A DNA stretch of 64,000 bases from assembly GCA_964508905.1 (NCBI GenBank), contig CAZDVO010000004.1, positions 11,956 to 75,955 on the forward strand, read 5' to 3'. The DNA is from an uncultured bacterium. GTDB taxonomy: Bacteria; Omnitrophota; Omnitrophia; Omnitrophales; Aquincolibacteriaceae. The translations under genes were made by a program, and so were the position numbers. This document shows positions 59,419 through 64,000 of the stretch, in pieces (position 1 is the first letter of the stretch; each line of letters opens with the position of its first letter). The notes under the pieces are model-generated. The model had not been told where the DNA came from. It saw only the letters and a list, made by a program, of their open reading frames with translations, and made no database searches.

Positions 59419-59741
59419 TTTTCTTTTTGCATTTCCGACGGATTGGGCGTCTTAAACACCAAAAACGTGGCCTCAATACTACCGATGTTCTTAATAATCA
59501 TCGGCGTCTGATAAGAAACTGGCAACAGATCACCTTCTTTGACATGACTATCCAGACCGTTAAGATTAACCGCTAAATCGCCCCTTACAACCAGCAGATG
59601 AACATTTGAATTAGCGTTATGCTGAGGCACACTTTGGCCGGGCTTTAACGCTATCTGCATAACAAGCAGATGTTTCTCATCAACGACTTTGCGATTCCCC
59701 ATTTTATCGTCATTGTAGGGAATATTTTCTAATACATTCAT
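59415..59741 (-). CDS. Cupin-domain protein
   Basis: The beta-barrel motifs 'HNANSNVHLLVVRGD' and 'GDLLPVSYQTPMIIKNIG' suggest a cupin fold. Start taken at internal MNVLEN to avoid an 88-nt overlap with hcp. Confidence 0.55.
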   Translation of the reverse strand: MNVLENIPYNDDKMGNRKVVDEKHLLVMQIALKPGQSVPQHNANSNVHLLVVRGDLAVNLNGLDSHVKEGDLLPVSYQTPMIIKNIGSIEATFLVFKTPNPSEMQKEK

Positions 59742-59760
59742 CAATAACTCCTTTGTCCGT

Positions 59761-61437
59761 CTATTTTCCCGACATGATAGCAGCGACATCCTCATCAACA
59801 GTACCAATCGGCTTAATGTCAAACTTCTCAACCAATACCTTGGCAACATTCGGAGAAAGAAATGCCGGCAATGTAGGCCCTAAACGTATTCCTTTAACGC
59901 CAAGATAGAGCAAGGCAAGAAGAACAGCTACCGCTTTTTGTTCATACCACGCTATATCGTACGATATAGGCAATTCGTTAATATTTTTCAACCCGAACAC
60001 TTCTTTTAATTTCAAGGCAATAACCGCCAACGAGTAGGAATCATTGCACTGCCCGGCATCAAGGACACGGGGGATACCTCCGATTTCGCCCAACTGCAAT
60101 TTGTTGTAGCGGTACTTGGCACACCCCGCGGTAAGGATAACCGTGTCTTTCGGCAGTTTTTCCGCAACCTCAGTAAAATAATTGCGTGAGGGGTACCTCC
60201 CATCGCACCCGGCCATAACCACAAACCGTTTTATCGCTCCGGATTTAACCGCAGCAACAATTTTATCCGCAAGAGCGATCACCTGATTATGGGCAAAACC
60301 ACCGGTAAGGGTTCCTTGTTCCAATTCATCCGGAGCTTTACAGGTTTTCGCCAAGCGAATCACTTCTGAAAAATCTTTTGCCCCGTCTTTTTTCCGGTCC
60401 GAGATATGTTTGGCTCCAGAATAACTTACCACTCCGGTCGTAAACAACTTATTCAAATAGGTATTTTCCTTTTTTATCGGAATCAAACAGTTGGTAGTCA
60501 AAATAATAGGGCCGTTAAACGACTCAAATTCTTTATTCTGACGCCACCACGATCCGCCGTAGTTTCCGACAAAATTTTTATATTTTTTGAAAGCCGGATA
60601 ATAATTAGCTGGGAGCATCTCACCATGGGTATATACATCAATACCTGTACCCTCTGTCTGCTTAAGCAATTCTTCCATGTCCTTAAGGTCGTGGCCGCTA
60701 ATCAGAATACCGGGATTCTTGCGAACTCCCAGATTAACCTCCGTTATTTCAGGATGACCGTATGTAGAAGTATTTGCCTCATCCAAAAGTGCCATTGTTG
60801 TAACCGCTCCTTCCCCGGCCTTCATCACCATGGCAACCATTTCATCAACAGACAGATTACGCAACGTAGAATCCAATGCATTCATAATAAAGTCGTACAC
60901 ATCGTCTTTTTCAAAGCCTAAGACAGCGGCGTGGTCAGCATAAGCCGCAATCCCCTTACATCCGATAATAAGCAACTGGCGCAAAGACCTGACATCCTCA
61001 TTGTCGTTGACATTAATCCTGAGGTCGTCGGATTGGGCTTTTGCAAGGATCTCATCTTTTTTATCGAAGCTCCATACCGCGCAACCAGGAAAAACTTCTG
61101 AAAAATCTTGCCCATATTTCTTTTTGTGCGCATCCAAGAAAGTCTTCTTTATCTCATTCCTGACCGCAATGCCTTCCTTAATTCTAACAATTATCGCGTC
61201 ATCATCCCAAGCGGCATTAGTTATAGTAACAAACAGTGACTGGCAAATGAATTTTCCAAACTTTTTATCCACCGATTCAATTTCCTTAAGGCGCCTGCCG
61301 AAAAACGAAATCCCCTTACACACTTCAATAAGCAAATCTTGCAAACCAGCGGTTTCTTCGGGCTTCCCACAGACTCCTTTTATCGCGCAACCGATATTTT
61401 TTGCAGTTTCCTGACATTGAAAACAAAACATTCCCAT
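59761..61437 (-). CDS. hcp: Hydroxylamine reductase / hybrid-cluster protein
   Basis: N-terminal '[23 protein letters not shown]' cysteine cluster and overall Hcp length (558 aa). Confidence 0.9.
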   Translation of the reverse strand: MGMFCFQCQETAKNIGCAIKGVCGKPEETAGLQDLLIEVCKGISFFGRRLKEIESVDKKFGKFICQSLFVTITNAAWDDDAIIVRIKEGIAVRNEIKKTFLDAHKKKYGQDFSEVFPGCAVWSFDKKDEILAKAQSDDLRINVNDNEDVRSLRQLLIIGCKGIAAYADHAAVLGFEKDDVYDFIMNALDSTLRNLSVDEMVAMVMKAGEGAVTTMALLDEANTSTYGHPEITEVNLGVRKNPGILISGHDLKDMEELLKQTEGTGIDVYTHGEMLPANYYPAFKKYKNFVGNYGGSWWRQNKEFESFNGPIILTTNCLIPIKKENTYLNKLFTTGVVSYSGAKHISDRKKDGAKDFSEVIRLAKTCKAPDELEQGTLTGGFAHNQVIALADKIVAAVKSGAIKRFVVMAGCDGRYPSRNYFTEVAEKLPKDTVILTAGCAKYRYNKLQLGEIGGIPRVLDAGQCNDSYSLAVIALKLKEVFGLKNINELPISYDIAWYEQKAVAVLLALLYLGVKGIRLGPTLPAFLSPNVAKVLVEKFDIKPIGTVDEDVAAIMSGK

Positions 61438-61724
61438 AACACCCCCCTTTTTAGAAATAAATCTTTTACCACTTTTATTCAGGTCTTTGTTTTAAAGTTC
61501 TTCTCAATATTAATTCCCTTCTTCTTTCTGTCGATAGGCTAAAAACCATTTCCCAAGATTGCACAGCCAATCATTTTCACATCGAATTCGAAAATTCACG
61601 GCATTCCGCTCGCTCTCAGTTTCATATCATATCATTTCCCCGTGCTTCCGTTTCCCTTTTTCCAAGGAGACACAGCTCTTGAGGCCTTTCATCCCCCGGT
61701 CAGAATCCATACGGCCTTCATGAA

Positions 61725-63278
61725 TCACAACTTTGCCGTGAAGCACGCAGCCCTTTTGCGCCCTTGTAAATACGCAACCCCTTTTTCCGTCAACCGGTAC
61801 TTCTGATTACTGCTTTGGGGTTTGTCAGGAACCGTCATTTCGATCAATCCCGCATCTGCGAGAGGACTAAGCACCTGATGCCTGAACTTGGTGCGATCTG
61901 TCCGCCCAGTGATCTTCATGAGATCGGCTATCCTGCTCTCAGCCTGACACTTATGCAATATCTCAACTTGGTGCTGACTTAGTGCCAACTTGGTGCCGAC
62001 TTGGTGCCGACTTGGTCCCTGAACCTCGTGGGTGATGGGCCGGGCTTTCGGAGGGGCCTTCTTCTTGCGACGGATTATCAGGACGAACTGACCTCCCCGC
62101 TGCTGAAACGAAGGCTCCGGGATCTTCATTTTCTTGCACAGAGCGATCATGTCGATCGTTCCGGTTCCCGCCCGTTCAATGTATCTCGCCCAGAAAAGCG
62201 GATCACTGATCAGCGGGTTTCTCGGCACAGAGGCATGGGCTTTCCGTAGGGTCGCCGGCGTCATCCCTTCAGGAAGTGCCCCTGGGTTCCAGATCTCAAG
62301 TCGATCCGCAAACAGCATGACCTGAACGCCTGCGTTGGATGTGTAATCCCGATGCGCGACCGCGTTAACGATTGCTTCGCGGATCACCATTTTGGGTATC
62401 TCATACGATACATCACTCGCAACAGCGGTTTTGCTGGGCGTGACCGTGCGATCCAGTTTACCGAGCACGAAATCAACAGCTTCATCAACCTGTTCGAACA
62501 ATGTTCCCCGGTAGGTTTGGTACGAAGGGATCGGCTTTTGCACCTCGGTCCCGTGAAAATGCATACATTTAACCTCGGCACATAACAGGGCGCGGAACTT
62601 CTGGGGATTCCTGCAGAACAACAGGACCGCGGCATGCGTCAGCTTGCCGTTATTGAATAGGTTCAAATGAGTGAAAAGCTTTTTCGCCGAAGTGCGTGGC
62701 GGCAAGGGGAACTTGCGTTCGGCCCGGGCAGCCTCAAGAAAATTCCCAACGGCAGATTCGTCAATGTCGCCCAAAACAGCATTGCGGCAGGAAGCAGCAT
62801 CGAACGGAACGGTCTGCAAAAGACACTGCTCCTCCAAATACTGCACAAGGGCTGCATACAGTTGCGAGATCAATTCCGGGGCGTTGGAAAACCTCCGGCG
62901 AATAACCTCGTTGCCGGCTCTGTTGATCAATTTAGCTGTTTTAGGGTGACGGTCTTTTTCAGTCGTGTTTTTGACAAAAAGAAGCCGCGTCTTTCCGCGC
63001 TCCGTCGCCTCCCTGAATTCCCGCTCCGTAGCCGAAGATCCGCGGGCATCTTCAGCTCCGTATTCATTGCCGAGAAGACACACATAGATATCGCAATCCC
63101 TGACTTCATCGATATAGACGGCGTCCGGCCTGCGGTCCTGGGCGGGAATATCTTCGAAAAGAAAACAGTCAAAGTAGCGCCTGCACAAGGGATCGCCGGA
63201 GATAAAATCCCTCAAGGCGGCCCGCTCATCCTTGAACTCCTTCTGAACGCTGCTGATGAATATCTTGCGCTTGGTCAT
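61725..63278 (-). CDS. DUF4062 - AlbA_2 - HATPase_c_4 - wHTH protein (paralog 2)
   Basis: Same start peptide 'MTKRKIFISSVQKEFKD' and the same domain order as paralog 1; 'VMLFADRLEIWNPGALPEG'; ATG at 63278 with a conserved SD. Confidence 0.75.
   Translation of the reverse strand: MTKRKIFISSVQKEFKDERAALRDFISGDPLCRRYFDCFLFEDIPAQDRRPDAVYIDEVRDCDIYVCLLGNEYGAEDARGSSATEREFREATERGKTRLLFVKNTTEKDRHPKTAKLINRAGNEVIRRRFSNAPELISQLYAALVQYLEEQCLLQTVPFDAASCRNAVLGDIDESAVGNFLEAARAERKFPLPPRTSAKKLFTHLNLFNNGKLTHAAVLLFCRNPQKFRALLCAEVKCMHFHGTEVQKPIPSYQTYRGTLFEQVDEAVDFVLGKLDRTVTPSKTAVASDVSYEIPKMVIREAIVNAVAHRDYTSNAGVQVMLFADRLEIWNPGALPEGMTPATLRKAHASVPRNPLISDPLFWARYIERAGTGTIDMIALCKKMKIPEPSFQQRGGQFVLIIRRKKKAPPKARPITHEVQGPSRHQVGTKLALSQHQVEILHKCQAESRIADLMKITGRTDRTKFRHQVLSPLADAGLIEMTVPDKPQSSNQKYRLTEKGVAYLQGRKRAACFTAKL
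61967..62021. repeat. 11-nt tandem repeat (x5) inside the coding sequence of paralog 2
   Basis: cttggtgctga / cttagtgccaa / cttggtgccga / cttggtgccga / cttggtccctg. The unit length is not a multiple of 3. Confidence 0.7.
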
Positions 63279-63296
63279 TTTGCCTTCCCCTGCCAC

Positions 63297-63417
63297 ACGA
63301 TTAAAAACGCCACGAACCTTTGCGGATTATACCAAACTGCTCACGGGTAGAGCTTAAAAAGTATGGCGCAAAGGCGGGTGTAAACGCGGGGCCAATGGCC
63401 ATCCGAAGGTGCGCAAA
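63297..63417. repeat. Conserved segment paired with 36173..36290 (overlaps the 3' end of the recombinase-2 coding sequence)
   Basis: About 90% identity to copy 1 across ~120 bp. Confidence 0.7.
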
Positions 63418-64000
63418 AGCACACGTAGCTTCTTCGGGCTTTTGCCTCCGGAATCGCCTGTTCTTTCGTCTTTTCGCTCGTTTTCAACCATTTCATCCCC
63501 TCTTCATAGCAAGTCTTCCACGGCTCATTCAACTCAAACTTCACGATCTCCTGATTCTGGATAGTGATCGACTTGAAGACAATCCGCATGAACGTCTTTA
63601 TGAGATAATCCAATTGGTGATTGTCGCTCTCGGGCGTACTCCGCAATCTTAAAAGAAAATCCTGCGTCGCCTTAACCAGATTGACGGAATTGCGCTTGTC
63701 CAGAATCTTAAGATGAATAGCCTTGATATCCTGCTTTAGTTTTTTCTCCTCATTGCTTAAAAGCTCGGCTCGCTCTTTATAGAGCCCCATGTTTATTTTG
63801 TCTTCTGAAAATAACTCGTATATGGCCTTCTGTTTTTCAACATTCTTTCTAAGTAGCGCCTCTTTTTCCTCCAACTGCTCCATATATATCCGTTCCGGCT
63901 CGGATGCGTTAAGCCGGATCATGTCGCCTAATTCTTCCAGCACGTGAAGATTTTTCCTGATGACTTCAACAATATCCCAGACCTGCTTATTAACAGCGTC
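63341..64000 (-). CDS. Second large serine recombinase, C-terminal part (gene continues beyond the window end)
   Basis: The C-terminus 'FKSITIQNQEIVKFELNEPWKTCYEEGMKWL...CFCAPSDGHW' aligns with the C-terminus of recombinase 48616..50415 ('FKKLVIDHQQIASFELYEPFQGMYDKAL...CLLKPSDDKW'); the open frame continues to the window edge. Confidence 0.7.
   Translation of the reverse strand, partial: DAVNKQVWDIVEVIRKNLHVLEELGDMIRLNASEPERIYMEQLEEKEALLRKNVEKQKAIYELFSEDKINMGLYKERAELLSNEEKKLKQDIKAIHLKILDKRNSVNLVKATQDFLLRLRSTPESDNHQLDYLIKTFMRIVFKSITIQNQEIVKFELNEPWKTCYEEGMKWLKTSEKTKEQAIPEAKARRSYVCFCAPSDGHWPRVYTRLCAILFKLYP

Noticed and set aside
1-64000. CRISPR arrays or rRNA genes
   Set aside because: No regularly spaced direct repeats with unique spacers were seen, and no rRNA-like conserved stretches. 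The only tandem repeats are the short coding repeats in the AlbA_2 paralogs.

Overview
This 64-kb window from a bacterial chromosome has moderately high GC and no rRNA. It may come from an uncultivated lineage such as Omnitrophota, which is known for giant genes, but the lineage call is a guess. Almost all confident genes lie on the minus strand.

- **1-4.1 kb:** the conserved pheS/rplT/rpmI/infC/thrS translation operon, followed by a tRNA-Val.
- **4.1-15.5 kb:** a complete type IV pilus/T2SS-like cluster. It carries the pilB ATPase, pilC platform, a major pilin, three pseudopilins (one fused to a LamG-like domain), a pilM-pilN fusion, pilO, pilP, a secretin and an ExeA/GspB-like pair. A CheY-like receiver sits beside pilB.
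- **15.6-31.8 kb:** housekeeping genes: rdgB, rph, queE, queC, murI, an aminotransferase, lipA, an Nnr epimerase, dus, mgtE, a HAD hydrolase, orn, a YibQ deacetylase and miaB.
- **31.8 kb onward:** an accessory, island-like region. It holds a Zn-ribbon protein and an AbiEi/AbiEii toxin-antitoxin pair. There are two paralogous DUF4062-AlbA_2-HATPase_c_4 genes with about 90% identical upstream DNA (34.6-36.3 kb and 61.7-63.4 kb), and two large serine recombinases, with a 3' recombinase remnant beside the first paralog. Between them lie a TetR/TolC/HlyD/ABC-2 efflux operon and a methyltransferase/cupin/hcp group. The key feature is a single 12,027-nt gene (36396..48422) encoding a 4008-aa signal-peptide-bearing mega-protein. 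Reading inward from the N-terminus, it carries a PEP-utilizing ATP-grasp plus phospho-His module, tandem Nudix-like repeats, a radical-SAM core, an HxGH nucleotidyltransferase and a histidine-phosphatase domain. This nucleotide-centric enzymatic giant protein in a recombinase-bounded, defence-associated context is the best candidate for an undescribed system.

All domain calls rest on motif recognition by eye and were not searched against databases.
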